Positions 24,276-37,049 of a stretch of DNA of 64,000 nucleotides are shown in pieces. The notes under the pieces were generated by a model. The model ran no database searches and was not told the origin of the DNA. It saw only the letters and a program-made list of their open reading frames with translations. Source of the stretch: Chiloscyllium plagiosum (Eukaryota); the NCBI RefSeq assembly GCF_004010195.1, contig NC_057751.1, forward strand, positions 2,820,379-2,884,378, written 5' to 3'. The translations under genes and the position numbers were made by a program. Position 1 is the stretch's first letter, and every line of letters begins with the position of its first letter.

Positions 24276-25529
24276 TGAACTTAAAACTCTGCAACTTGAC
24301 CTCTAACCCTTCCTAATGCCCTACACACAAATACAGACAAGGAAACACAGCTGTTATGGGTGGAAGAAAACAAATTAGGGGAACACAGTCAGCCCTTCTT
24401 TGAATTTTCCTCTCAGCTCTGTGCTCTCTGAGGCCTGTGCATGGCAGTAACTTCTGGAACGAGAAGTCAATATCATGATTGGTGTGCCAACTCTGACCAG
24501 TAAGTGCAGAACTTGGGAGCTGCTGTTTGCATGTGCAGCCATGCAGTGCTGAGGGAATATCGAACACAGTTCAATAGCACCAGGCCACAGGATTCAAGAA
24601 AGTGGGTTTTTGCTTCTTCCAAGTTCTTCTGATCTTCAATTTTCTCATTGAAAGGTTCTTTGACTTGAATGCAGGCACAGAGCTATAGGCATGCAAGTTA
24701 TTCAGTCTCTCAGTCACTTGTTCCAACCAACAGCTTATTGCAAATGGTCAGAAAAGTAGTTTGCTATCTTTCAAATCTTTTATCTTTCTGCATGGAGAGA
24801 CAGAGATGTTGTATTTTCAGCAGTCTGAAGCCTTCCTGTTGAATTGTCAACACACTGGCTGTCGAGTTGCCCATGAGACAATGTTCATGACTTGTACAAA
24901 GGCCAAATAGTCATAGCTGTAAGTTTCTTGGAGATACAAAGCTTGGTGGGATTTCAGGGTTTTAGGAAGACAAAATGACTTTGCAAAGAGATTGAATGTG
25001 AGATTATTCGCTTCAGTCAGAAGTATTAAAAAGTTATATACAGTTGTTTTTGCTATAATTGTGCAACCTTGCATTATCAAAAAACCATGCAATAAAAATA
25101 CACTGAAAGTGCTGGGGATGGAATAGCCAACACACATGTGAGAAAGCTTGCATTTTACAAATAGCGTTCACCTATTCGCATTGATGAAACACACTAACAG
25201 CAGAAGGGACTGAAGATCTCAAAGGCTTATAAATGATGAGTTGCAGACGGACAAGAATGTACTCATACAAGGCACACAGAAATTGTGTGCTACAACAAGC
25301 ATTTAAGAATGCACATGGCATATTGACTTTTACTGCAAGTCAATTGAAAGCAAAATTCAAGAAATCATTGTCCATAAAATCAAAAGGAATGGATGCGGGC
25401 AAAAGTCATATGGCCCATTGGGCCTTCACTGTCACGCAATAAGAGTATGTTTGATCAGAATGTGACCTTACCTCCATTATCCTATCTTCCCCACTAAATC
25501 TTTCATTTGCTTGTTCACAAAAAAAAAGC

Positions 25530-26170
25530 CTGGCTTACTCAGTCGTGAACGTTTGGTTGGAGTCATATCTAACAAAAAAAAAGATGGTTCTGGTTGTGGG
25601 ACCTCAATTAACTCCAGGTCATCTGTGCAGCAGTTCCTCAGCATAGTGTCCAAGATCCAACCATCTTTAGTTGCCTCATCAATGACCCTCCTTCGTCAAG
25701 GTCACAGATTGAGATGTTGCAGAAACTTACATAATATTCAGCACATTCATTATTAGTCCAAGTTCAAGTGCAATGAGACGTGGACAATATTCAAGTGACA
25801 AGTAATGATCATCTCTCAAATCTAAGCTTCACCATGGCATTCAATGGCATTGCCATCGCTGAATTCCCCATTATCAATATCCTGGGTGTTACCATTGTCC
25901 AAAAATCTAATTGGACTAGCCAGTTAAATACAGTGATGACAAGAGATGGTCAGAGGCCAGGAATTCTGCACTGAATGAATCACCACCTGACTCCCCAAAG
26001 CCTGTCCACCATCTGCAAGGCACAAGTCAGGACTGTGTTGGAATACTCCCCATTTGCCTGGATGGGTGCAGCACCAATATCATTCAAGAAATTTTTATAT
26101 ATTTCAGAACAAAGCAGCTGAATGATTGACAATGCATCCACCACCTTCAACATTCACTGTCTCCCACACG
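25530..26170 (+). mobile_element. Decayed L2/CR1-group LINE RT fragment (KAQVR..EYSP subfamily)
   Basis: INILGVTIVQKSNWTSQ and AAGGCACAAGTCAGGACTGTGTTGGAATACTCCCC; matches the minus copy at 49715-51420. Confidence 0.7.
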
Positions 26171-26189
26171 CCTGGAATACAGTGCATAG

Positions 26190-26525
26190 TTTTGATCACT
26201 GTATGGAAGGAAAGACACACTCCAGTTGGAGGCAGTCAAACAAAGGTTCACCAGAATGGTGACTGGAATGAAGAGGGTTGTCCTTGGATGAACAACTGAG
26301 TAAGTTGGGTCTATACTGTCTGAAGTTTGAAAGAATGAGAGGTGATCTCATTGAAACATGCAGGAATCTGAAAGGGTGAGACAGAGTAAACACTAAGAGT
26401 TTAGTTCCATTGGCTGAGAAGGCTATAACATGGGGGCACAATCCAGGATATGGAGCCAATCATTGAGGAGTGAATTTTTAAATTTTTTTCATTTAAAGAG
26501 TTGTGAATCTTAGAAATTTTCCAAT
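26190..26525 (+). mobile_element. CR1 3' fragment
   Basis: GAAAGAATGAGAGGTGATCTCATTGAAACA (RMRGDLIET) and surrounding CR1 similarity. Confidence 0.7.
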
Positions 26526-29500
26526 GCAAGTTTTTCTGTGTCATAGTTCCTCACATGACTTGTTGATCCCAGAAGTTTCTGAGTTTTGTTGCTTGCATTT
26601 CTGACTCACACCATTGGATTGCTGGGTCATTTCAATGACAATTCTCCTCACAATTCATCTTAAAAATCATCAGCATTTGTCTTCTCGCTGCATTCCTTAT
26701 GGTTGCTCCTAAAGCTCTCCATTGCCATTGGCTTTGTCTATATCTCTAACATCGTGGGAAATCTGTTGAATGTGTGGTCATGCCAAAACCAGAGAGCTGT
26801 CAACACCAGCAAAAACAGGTTTGGATGTGATTTATTGATTTGTAGTCCTTGCTGTAAATAGGCCCCGGTGATAAGTCACGATGCTATCCATTGGCTCCGT
26901 TGCTCTTTGGGGAATCTCCTGTGAAGTACTGTGTGAATGTGAGATCTTTCCTGACTCTCCACCCCCTGTGCGCAATCCACAGCCTTCAGGTCGAAGTAAA
27001 TGAACATTTTGAACAATCTGCAGAGGTGATAAATTGTGGCTCATTGGTTTTAAAAAAGTGCAAACAGCTTTCTCACTGTGAAATTGTTTGCAATGTATTC
27101 TTGCTGTCAGCTCAGATTTAGCAGCTCCTGCTGCAGTGCATGTTGTAGTTGGGTCAGATTTTCAATAGGAACAGGCTGTGAACAGTGGATTTACTGCAGC
27201 CTGAAGCGAATGCAGGAACGTTGTGCTCAAAAAAAAGCGACATATTTTGTGAAGGGTGAAGAGCAAAAAATAAGTCATAACAGCTTGTGTACTATAAAAA
27301 ACAAGCAGGCTAAATAGTCAACCCCTGATGTATGGGCAAAAGCACAGCCAACTCCAACCTTGGCAGTAATTCATGGCCACAGGCTGATAGGTTAAGTACT
27401 GTTCACTATTTTTCATCAAACTACACTTTATCATGGATATTACAGGAATCACCGAAATGTTAGTGTCCAGAGGAGGATTTTCAGTTAACTGTGACTACCC
27501 CAGCTCTATGAACATGTAAATTTGGAGCAAAAGTAGACCATTGGCCCCTCGAACTATTTGATCAGATCATGGCTGATTTTGTGATCACCTGTACTTTCCT
27601 AACACCCTTTCACTCTCCTGACAATCGCAAATCTCTCCCTCTCAGCCTTAACGATATTCAAAGACCCTGCCTGCCACCATTGATTGAAGGAGAGAATTCC
27701 ACAGACTTATCACCCCCTCAGAAAAACTATTTCTCCTCATTTCTGTCTTAAATGGGAGACCTCATTTTTAATTGTATCTCCTTATTCTCGTCTAGCAACA
27801 AGAGCAACTCGACAAGCCCTGTTCTGCTGTTTTTCCCTTGTCGACCTGCCATTTTCTTCTTTTCAGGAAGTTTGTCTGTTTTTGTTTGAATGGGTGGCTT
27901 GCTTCCAAATCACCACTGCCGTCCATCTGTCAATCAGCTGCAAATAACTTTCACCATTTAGTTTCCTGTGTCAGTGCCATTGCACACCCGAGGAATAGGT
28001 GACTATGCTGTCTGATGGCACAGAATGAGCCTCAGAAAATCCGTCTGAGAAAAGAAAACAGCAAAATAACCAGCCGAAAAGACAAACAGCAGCCGCCAAG
28101 AGTGAGTTCATGAAGATGGTGCGATTTAGTGCTGTTTTGACCATATGTTTTTTTTTCCCATTGTTCCTGCAATCTGACCGTCTCAGTTCAATTGCAGCCC
28201 CTGAGTCACTCGCTCAGGTAATCATTGTTCTTGGGTTTTGTTGCAGGACAATGGGAGGGAAAATGAAGATGGTGTCAGCAGCACACACTTCTTCCTCAGC
28301 TCGATGCAATCATCCACATCCCTTCCAAAATTGATGGACCTCCACATGATCTCTGCTTCAGTCACAGAGACAGTGAAAAACAACAAAGTAAGAGGGGCTG
28401 TGGAAAATTGTCCAGCACTTAGAGGGAGAGGACAAAAAAATCTGAAGCATTATGTTTAGTCAGTGATTGGATTGCAGCAACACTGATTGATTGAAATGAC
28501 CACGTGCTCGAATAAGAGCAAGCTGACAGCAGAAACAAGTTAACCTTCAGCTACACAGTTCAATCAATCAGAGCACTTTAGCCCTGTTTAAGTATAATAT
28601 TCCCGTGACTTCAGAGATGGTGCATTGTGTCAGGTACTAACCTGAGCTCTGAGAACTTCAATAAGCCATGTTATCAGGCTTAACTCAGACTGAGACTTCC
28701 TTCATGGATCAGTGTTTTCTTGGACAAATTGTGTTTGGTGGTACAGGACCAGATAGAGCAAAGGACAGCAGCAACTCGTCACTTCTTTAATGTGGCAAAA
28801 TATTCCAGTTACAATGTCGCACAGGAGCAAACCAAAGCAAACACTGAGCCGCAAAAGGACTTTGTGAGACAAGTGGCCAAAAACTCAGTCAGATGTCAGA
28901 TGCGTGAAGCATTTGAAAGCAATGAAAAGGTGAGAGGAAAGGAGAGAGGAATTCCAGAGCTCAGGGGTGATTGAGGCTTGGCTGTCAATGCTGGAACAAC
29001 TCAAATCGGTTACACACAAAATGAGTGGGGTGCAGAGATCCAAGAAGGTTGTGGAGTTGGAGAAGATGATCATGATCGAGGAAGACAAGGTCATGGACGG
29101 AATTTAAAATACGCGGAGAAGAAACTTTAAACTGAAGAACAAGTACCAACGGAGGTCAGCATGCACGAGTGACAGAGGAGCAGGACTTGCTGCAATTCAG
29201 AATGTGGAGACGGGCATGTTGACATGAGCTGAGAGTTCAAATTGAAACATGCAGGGATAATGTCATCACTGTCACTGAAGACATGGTTGAGAGAGGGGCA
29301 AGACAGGCAGCTCATTATTCCAGGAGAAAAGGGTATTCAGGTGAGACAGGGAAGGGTGTAGAAGAAGAAGAATGTTGCATTATTGATTAGGAGGATGCCA
29401 CCCGAGAAATCTTCTCAAATAAAGCTGTGTGGGTAGAATGTAAAAGCTATAAAGGAGTGATCAGATTGCTCAGAGTGTGCAATAGACCTGAACAGTCCAA

Positions 29501-29634
29501 GAGAAATACAGGGGCAACCATGTCAGCAAGCATCTTGGAGTTTTCACACATGGGCTAATGTCTCAACAGTCCCCTCCCTGTCTACCAGGGAGATTCCACT
29601 CCTTGTCTCCATTACATATGGAATCGAAAAGTAT

Positions 29635-29896
29635 ATAGAATCCCTACAGTGTGAAAGCTCGCTCTAACCACCCTCCCCAATGAAGAGCATTCCACCAGAC
29701 CCATCTGCGCACATCCCATGACCAATCCACCTAACCTACACATCTTTGGACTGTGGGAGGAAATCAGAGCAGCCAGGGGAAACCCATACAGTCACGAGGA
29801 GAATGTGCAAACTCCACACAGACAGTTGGCAGAGGGTTGAATCGAACCCGCGTCCCTGGTACTGTGAGGCAGCAGTGCTGGCCACTGAGCCACCAT
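29635..29896 (-). mobile_element. HE1-type V-SINE
   Basis: Reverse complement A/B boxes, V-domain and tail. Confidence 0.88.
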
Positions 29897-30454
29897 TGTG
29901 AAGGCTTTGAAAGGAAGTGAAAATGAAAAGGTGCTGAATTGTTGCAAAATTGCTCACAGTGGTGTCCCTGAGATGAATAATTTTTCTTGAAGATTCCAAG
30001 ACACTGCCCTGGAGGGTGGGCAATGCTGCCACTACATGCTCACTTTCTAAGAGAAGAACAAAGGATTTCAGAGCTGGATTAGGATGTTCAACTCTTTTGA
30101 GTATGCTGCACCATTCAGTAATCGAGGTGATCTCGTTGTCATCTCAATTCCACTTACTTCCACCCATCCTAACTCTTGAGTTCATGGCCAACAAAAAATC
30201 TGTCTAACTGAGGTCTGACTAACATGTAATGACCCAGTCTCCATTGTTTTCTGGACGCTGAATTCCACAGACTAGCAAGAGATCCAAAATGTCGCTTTAT
30301 CTCCATCTTGAAAGAGAGACCTTCATAAACTGGGTTCTACCAACTATAGGTCACACATCCTGCAATATGATTTCAGGGAACAGAATATTAACAGAAGAGT
30401 ACAGTGTAATCCAATGAGTTCAAAGGAACATAACAGTGTGTGGAGTGATTGTCA

Positions 30455-30690
30455 GGGAATACAAAATAGCCCTCACGCAGTGTGAAGTGACCTTCATAGA
30501 GTTCAGTTATAACCCTCAGGGAGTGGGTTATCACTTCACGGAATATGGAATTATCCTCAGGGAATACAAAGTAACTTCATAGAGTGTGGTTTAAATCTCC
30601 TAGAATGTAGTGAAACTCACAGAGTGCAGAGCAAGCCTCAAAGGATGCAGTATAATCCTTAGAGAGTGCAATATCTCTCCTGAGTATCAG
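30455..30690 (+). repeat. Highly degenerate 19-21-bp tandem repeat
   Basis: Recurrent YTCA(G/C/T)RGARTR units, e.g. CTCAGGGAGTGG, TTCACGGAATAT, CTCAGGGAATAC, TTCATAGAGTGT, CTCACAGAGTGC. Confidence 0.55.
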
Positions 30691-31022
30691 GTAGGGGTTT
30701 GGAAATTTGGGGTTTGGAGACCTGAATGTTCACTGAGATAGGAATGAGGTTGTCTGAGACTTCTGGAATGAGCATATCGTGCAATCAAATGGTGCAGATA
30801 TAGAAAGCCGAATGGCCTAGCTCTGCGGGTAAACTTTCCAAGCTTCATTGGTTACTGATGTGCATAAGGATATCCCACAGAGTGCAACAAGTCCTATTGA
30901 GTCATTATATGGTGCCCTGGATTCAATAAAATTTAGACTGACTCCTCTCACGTCATGAATGCTTAAAAAAAGGTTCTTTGTCATAATTACCTGTTCGATG
31001 TCTTTTCAACCAGCCAATCTTT

Positions 31023-31061
31023 TCCTCCTGTCTGACCAATGTTTTTGGTCAGACAGGAGGA
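31023..31061. repeat. Perfect 17-bp inverted repeat with 5-nt loop
   Basis: TCCTCCTGTCTGACCAA-TGTTT-TTGGTCAGACAGGAGGA. Confidence 0.95.
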
Positions 31062-31539
31062 GACAGAAGTCCCCACTGACCTTAATAGGAACTTAAATTT
31101 TGAAAATGAGATTGACTCTTCACTGCCCCATTGATCCCAGCACATTGTCATCCTCAGAATTAAACCTGGCTTGATAGATCAGGAGTTTTGGTTTTGCAAT
31201 TTATTTGCCACTGTGGTCAGGCATTGAACAAAATCACAAGAGGGTGCCAATGATCTTTTCACAAAGAAGAGCATCAAGTTTACAAAGAAAAGGGAAAATA
31301 AAAGAATTCAACAATATATACAAGAACAATTTGGAATGTCTTTTATCAGCATAACAAATAAAGATTCAACTCTTACATCTCAACAACAACCTTATAGATC
31401 ATCAAACCACAGTATCTGTGGCTCTGTGCACCACAGAAAGATGATGCACCTCTCTGCACCTGAAAATTATTTGTTCAATTGACAAAGTTGCATTTGGTTC
31501 TTAAACCTTTTCTATCCAAGTAAAAACATGATTTTTCCA

Positions 31540-31932
31540 TACACTCAACCACCCAGCAGTTTTCTATATCTGGGTTTTTCTTCTCTTAAGCCGTTCCAGG
31601 CTTGCCCCCCGAGCAGGGCAAATCCAACCTGGATGAAGACCACCACATTAGTCTGCGATGAACCATCAGCAATGTGGTGGAAGACGTGGTTAACAGTGCA
31701 ATCTAGTGGCACCTGCTTTGCCAAAAAATATTGATGCTCAGTTTGGTTTCCATTCGGGTCATTCACCTCCTGGTCTTCACTCCAACACAGACAAAAGAGC
31801 TGGACTCTAGAGGTGAGATGAGCTTGACTGCTCTTGACATCAGGGCTTCATTTGTTGGAGTGTGGCAGCAAGGAGCCTGAGTAAAACTGGAGTCAATGGG
31901 AATCAGGAGAAAACTCTTCTCGTTGGAGTCAT
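31540..31932 (+). mobile_element. L2/CR1-group LINE RT, left part (resumes at about 37050-37445)
   Basis: GCTCAGTTTGGTTTCC, ALDIRASF, GGAATCAGGAGAAAACT; the continuation encodes GVPQGSVFTSIIFRCFINDLP. Confidence 0.75.
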
Positions 31933-32194
31933 TTATATAAATTATTTGGGTGACAATAGACGAGGCAGAGTGCCTGCAGGGTGGAGAGATAAATGAGAGG
32001 AGGGTGGGGTGGGGAGAAATTAGCGTAGAGTACAATAGATGAGTGGGGAAGGGGATGAAGGTGATAGGTCAGAGAGGAGGGTGGAGTGGATGGGGGAAAG
32101 GAAGATAGGCAGGTAGGACAAGTCATGGGGACAGTGCTGAGCTGGAAGGTTGGAGCTGGGGTGAGGTGGGGAAAGGGGAAACGAGGAAACTGGT

Positions 32195-32490
32195 GAAATC
32201 CATATTGATGCCCTGGGGTGAAGTGTTCTGAGGCAGAAGATGAGGTGTTCTTCCTCCAGGCATCTGCTGGTGAGGGAGCAGCGGTGAAGGAAGCCAAGGA
32301 TCTCCATGTCCTCGGCAGAGTGGGAGGGGGAGTTGAAATGTTGAGCCACTGGACGGTGTGGTTGATTGGTGCGGGTGTCCCAGAGATGTTCCCTGAAGCG
32401 CTCTGCTAGGAGGCGCCCAGTCTCTCCAATGTAGAGGAGACCGCATCGGGAGCAATGGATACAATAATGATATTAGTGGATGTGCAAGTA
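32195..32490 (-). pseudogene. PLE GIY-YIG (Uri-type) endonuclease domain, frameshifted
   Basis: Minus-strand translation CTSTNII/YCIHCSRCGLLYIGETGRLLAERFREHL...VAQHFNSPSHS...LEEEHLIFCLRTL. Confidence 0.88.
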
Positions 32491-32642
32491 AAACTTTGAT
32501 GGATGTGGAAGGCTCCTTTAGGGCCTTGGATGGAGGTGAGGGTGCAGGTTTTGCAGTTCCTGCAGTGGCAGGGGAACGTGCCAGGATGGGAGGGTGGGTT
32601 GTAGGGGGGTGTGGACCTGACCAGGTAGTCACGGAGGGAACG

Positions 32643-32946
32643 NNNNNNNNNNNNNNNNNNNNNNNNNNNNNNNNNNNNNNNNNNNNNNNNNNNNNNNNNN
32701 NNNNNNNNNNNNNNNNNNNNNNNNNNNNNNNNNNNNNNNNNNNNNNNNNNNNNNNNNNNNNNNNNNNNNNNNNNNNNNNNNNNNNNNNNNNNNNNNNNNN
32801 NNNNNNNNNNNNNNNNNNNNNNNNNNNNNNNNNNNNNNNNNNNNNNNNNNNNNNNNNNNNNNNNNNNNNNNNNNNNNNNNNNNNNNNNNNNNNNNNNNNN
32901 NNNNNNNNNNNNNNNNNNNNNNNNNNNNNNNNNNNNNNNNNNNNNN
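32643..32946. other. Assembly gap (N run)
   Basis: N bases. Confidence 1.
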
Positions 32947-33119
32947 GGAGGGAGGTGTCAGAGATGGTCCAGGTAAATTTAAGGTCAGGGTGGAATTTAC
33001 CTTAAATTTACCTATGACCTTGATCCCCACCCCCACTCACCTATTGTACTCTATGCTACTTTCTCCCCACCCCCACCCTCCTCTCATTTATCTCTCCACC
33101 CTTCAGGCTCTCTGCCTGT

Positions 33120-33155
33120 ATTCCTGATGAAAGGCTTTTTCCCGAAACATCGATT
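33120..33155 (+). ncRNA. Minimal type-I hammerhead-ribozyme-like motif in the PLE pseudo-LTR, probably decayed
   Basis: ATTC-CTGATGA-AAGGCTTTTTCCC-GAAAC-ATC-GATT matches the CUGANGA...GAAA...NUH core. Confidence 0.65.
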
Positions 33156-33252
33156 TTCCTGCTCCTCGGATGCTGCCTGGCCTGCTGTGCTTTTCCAGCA
33201 CCACTCTAATCCAGACTCTGGTTTCCAGCATCTGCAGTCATTGTTTTTACCC

Positions 33253-34131
33253 TGACAATAGATGAGGCATGGTTAGTAAGTTTGAGGATGACACCAATAT
33301 TAGTGTTGACAGTGAAGAGATTATTTAAGGATGCAAAGAGATCTTGATCAATTGGGTCAATGTGCTATGAAGTGGCAGGTGGCAGGTTTAAGTTGAAGAA
33401 ATGTGAGGTATTGCATTTTAGTGAAGCAAACAAGGACAGGAGTTACACAGTTAATGGTCAGGCCCTAGCCCTAGCTAGTGTTGTAGAACAGAGAGACCAA
33501 GGAGTTCAGGTACATCATTCCTTGAAAACTGTATCACAGGTCGACAGGGTGGTTAAGAAGGCATTTAGTACGCTGCCTTCATTGTTCAGAGCTTTGAGTA
33601 TTGGATTTGAGACGTCATGTTGAGGCTGTACAGGGTGTTAGTGAGGCAGCTGTAGTTGCCCTGCTACAGAAAGGATATTATTAATTTAGAGAGAGTTCAG
33701 AAAAGTTTGACCAGGATATTGCTAGGAATGGAGGGTATGAGTTAGAAAAATAAGCTGGATAGGCAGGGACCTTTCTCACTGGGGTACACAAAGTTGAGGG
33801 GTGACCTTACCAGAGGTTGAAAAAATCATGAGTAACACAGATAAGGTGAAGAGCAAGAGTCGTTTCCTCAGGGTGGGGGAGTTTAAAACTAGGGGGCATA
33901 TTTTTAAGGTGAGAGGAGAAACTTTTGAAAAGCACATGAAGGCCAAATTTCTTTAACACAGCGCATGGCTCGTGTGTGGAATGAACTGCCAGAGAAAGTG
34001 GTGGATGTAGGTAAAGTTCCAACATTTAAAAGACCTTTGGAGAACTACTTGAATAGGAGAGGTTTGGAGGGATATGGGCCAAACACAGGAAAGTGTGACG
34101 TGTTTAGTTTGGGAATGTGGTCAGCATGGAC
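33253..34131 (+). mobile_element. CR1 RT C-terminus; its 5' part is at 31930-31967 and its tail at 36994-37047
   Basis: KFEDDT, KCEVLHF, RVWNELPE; tail GGTCAGCATGGAC resumes as GGACCAGTTGGACCGAAGG at about 36995. Confidence 0.88.
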
Positions 34132-34211
34132 TAGACAAGATTTAGGATGCGTAGGATTGGAAAGAAAACTGCAAGGGTTGCACACAACTGAAATGTGGAA
34201 TTTGTTCAAGG

Positions 34212-34988
34212 AGGCCAATGGGCTGAGAAGTGGCAGATAGAGTTTAATTCAGATAAATGCAAGGTGCTGCATTTTGGGAAAGCAAATCTTAGCAGGACTT
34301 ATACACTTAATGGTAAGGTCCTAGGGAGTGTTGCTGAACAAAGAGGCCTTGGAGTGCAGATTCATAGCTCCTTGAAAGTGGAGTCGCAGGTAGATAGGAG
34401 AGCGAAGAAGGCATTTGGTATGCTTTCCTTTATTGGTCAGAGTTTTGAGTACAGGAGGTAGGAGGTCATGTTGCGGCTGTACAGGACATTGGTTAGGCCA
34501 CTGTTGGACTATTGTGTGCAATTCTGGTCTCCTTCCTATTGGAAAGATGTTGTGAAACTTGAAAGGGTTCAGAAAAGATTTACAAGGATGTTGCCAGGTT
34601 TGGAGGATGTGAGCTGCAGGGAGTGGCTGAACAGGCTGGGGCTGTTTTCCCTGGAGCATCGGAGGCTGAGGACTGAAGACTTTACAGAGGTTTACAAAAT
34701 TATGAGGGCCATGGATAGGGTAAATAGACAAAGTCTTTCCCTGGGGTCGGGGAGTCCANNNNNNNNNNNNNNNNNNNNNNNNNNNNNNNNNNNNNNNNNN
34801 NNNNNNNNNNNNNNNNNNNNNNNNNNNNNNNNNNNNNNNNNNNNNNNNNNNNNNNNNNNNNNNNNNNNNNNNNNNNNNNNNNNNNNNNNNNNNNNNNNNN
34901 NNNNNNNNNNNNNNNNNNNNNNNNTGGACGGGTTGGACCGAAGGGTCTGTTTCCATGCTGTACATCTCTATGACTCTATGGCTCTATA
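34212..34988 (+). mobile_element. 5'-truncated CR1 inserted into the preceding CR1
   Basis: WAEKWQIEFNSDKC, RPLLDYCVQFWSP; own tail CTCTATGACTCTATGGCTCTAT. Confidence 0.9.
34759..34924. other. Assembly gap (N run)
   Basis: N bases. Confidence 1.
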
Positions 34989-37049
34989 ACAGCTACTGTG
35001 AGTCCTTGATAAGTATCTACCTGTCAGGCACTGAGGAAGTGGTCGAGGGAACTGTGGTTTACCAAAGCTCTTGTCAAGAGGAAGAAGGAGGCTTATGTAA
35101 AGATGAAGCTTGAAGTTAGAGTGCTTGAGAGTTACAAGTTAGACAGGAAGGACCTAATGAGAGAGCTATGAAGAGCCAGGAGGGGACATGAAAAATCTTT
35201 GGTAGGTAGGATCAAAGAAAACCCTAAAGCTTTCTGTAGATATGTCAGGAATAAAAGATTAACTGAAGTAAGATTGGAGCCTGTCAAGGACAGTAGTGGG
35301 AAGTTGTGCATGGAGTCTGAAGAGATAGGAGAGGCACTAAATGAATATTTTTCATCAATATTCACACAGGAAAAAGACAATATTGTTGAGGAAAATACTG
35401 AGATATAGGTGACTAGAATAGACTAGATGGGATTGAGGTTCACAAGGAGGAGATCTTAATAATTCTGGAAAGTGTGAAAATAGATAAGTCCACTGTGTCG
35501 GATGGGATTTATCCTAGGATTATCTGGGAAGCCAGGGAGGAGATTGAAGAGCCTTTGACATTGATCTTTAAGACACCATTGTCTACAGGAATAGTTCCGG
35601 AAGACTGGAGGATAGCAAATGTTGTTTCCTTGTTCAAGAAGGGGAGTAGAGACAACCCAGGTAATTATACACCAGGGAGCCTTACTTCAGTTGTGGGCAA
35701 TGTGTTGGAAAGGATTATAAGAGATAGGATTTATAATCATCTGGAATGGAATAATTTGATTAGGGATAGTCAACACAGTTTTGTGAAGGGTAAGTCATAC
35801 CTCACAAACCTTTATTGACTTCTTTGAGAAGGTGACCAAACAGGTGGATGAGAGTAAAATGGTTGATGTGGTGTATATGGATTTCAGTAAAGTGTTTGAT
35901 AAGGTTCCCCACGGGAGGCTATTGCAGAAAGTACAGAGGCATGGGATTGAGGGTGATTTAATGGTTTGGATCAGACATTGGCTAGCTGAAAGAAGACAGA
36001 GGGTGGTGGTTGATGGGAAATGTTCATTCTGGAATTCAATTACTAGTGGTGTACCACAAGGATCTGTTTTGAGGCCACTGCTGTTTGTCACTTTTATGAC
36101 CTAGATGAGGGCATAGAAGGATGGGTTAGTAAATTTGCAGATACAGTGGAAGGATGTTGCAGGTTACAGAGGGACATAGATAAGCTGCAGAGCTGGGCTG
36201 AGAGGTGGCAAATGGAGTTTAATGAGATGATTCACTTTGGAAGGAACAACAGGAATGCAAAGTACTGGGCTAATGGTCAGATTCTTGGCAGTGTGGATGA
36301 GCAGAGAGATCTCAGTGTCCATGTGCGTAGATCCCCAAAAGTTGCCACCCAGATTGATAGGGTTGTTAAGAAGGCGTACAGTATGTTACCTTTTATTGGT
36401 AGTGGGACTGAGTTTTGGAGCCATGAGGTCATGATGCAGCTATACAAAACTCTGGTGCGGCCGCACTTGGACTATTGTGCACAGTTCTGGTCACCGCATT
36501 ATAGGAAGGATGTACAAGCATTGAAAAAGAGGCAGAGGAAATTTACCAGGATGTTGGCTGGTGTAGAGGGAAGGTCTAAGGAGGAAATGCCGAGGGACTT
36601 GAGACTGGTTTCATTAGACAGAAGAAGGTTCAGAGGTGACTTATTAGATACATTTAAGATAATCAGTGGGTTAGACAGGGTGGACAGTGAGAACCTTTTC
36701 CCTTGGTTGGTAATGGCTGGCATGAGGGGAAATAGCTTTAAATTGTGGGGTGATAGATATTGGACAGATGTCAGAGGTAGTTTCTTTACTCTGAGAGTGG
36801 TAGGGAGGATGGAGTGTCCAGCCTGCAACAGTAGTAGACTCACTAACTGTGAGAGCATTTAAATGATCATTGGATAAAAATATCAGATAAAAATGGAATA
36901 GCATAAGTGAGGTGGACTTCAGATTGGTTTCACAGGTTGGTGCAACATCGAGGGCTGGAGGGCCTGTACTGCACTGTCATGTTCTATGTTCTGTGGACCA
37001 GTTGGACCGAAGGATCTACTGTCATGCTCTATGACTCTGTGACTCCGTA

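Larger units (their letters stand above)
31968..33252 (-). mobile_element. Penelope-like element: GIY-YIG region plus inverted pseudo-LTR, with 17-bp TSD
   Basis: TSD TGACAATAGA(C/T)GAGGCA at 31951-31967 and 33253-33269; 31968-32050 is the reverse complement of about 33030-33111; GIY-YIG coding sequence; spans an N-gap. Confidence 0.9.
34131..36993 (+). mobile_element. CR1 LINE (second subfamily), interrupted by a later CR1 at 34212-34988
   Basis: [57 protein letters not shown]; tail TGTTCTATGTTCT. Confidence 0.92.

Noticed and set aside
32496..33036. Long ORFs across 32.5-33.0 kb (and 34.3-35.0 kb)
   Set aside because: Their length comes from translating N-gaps.
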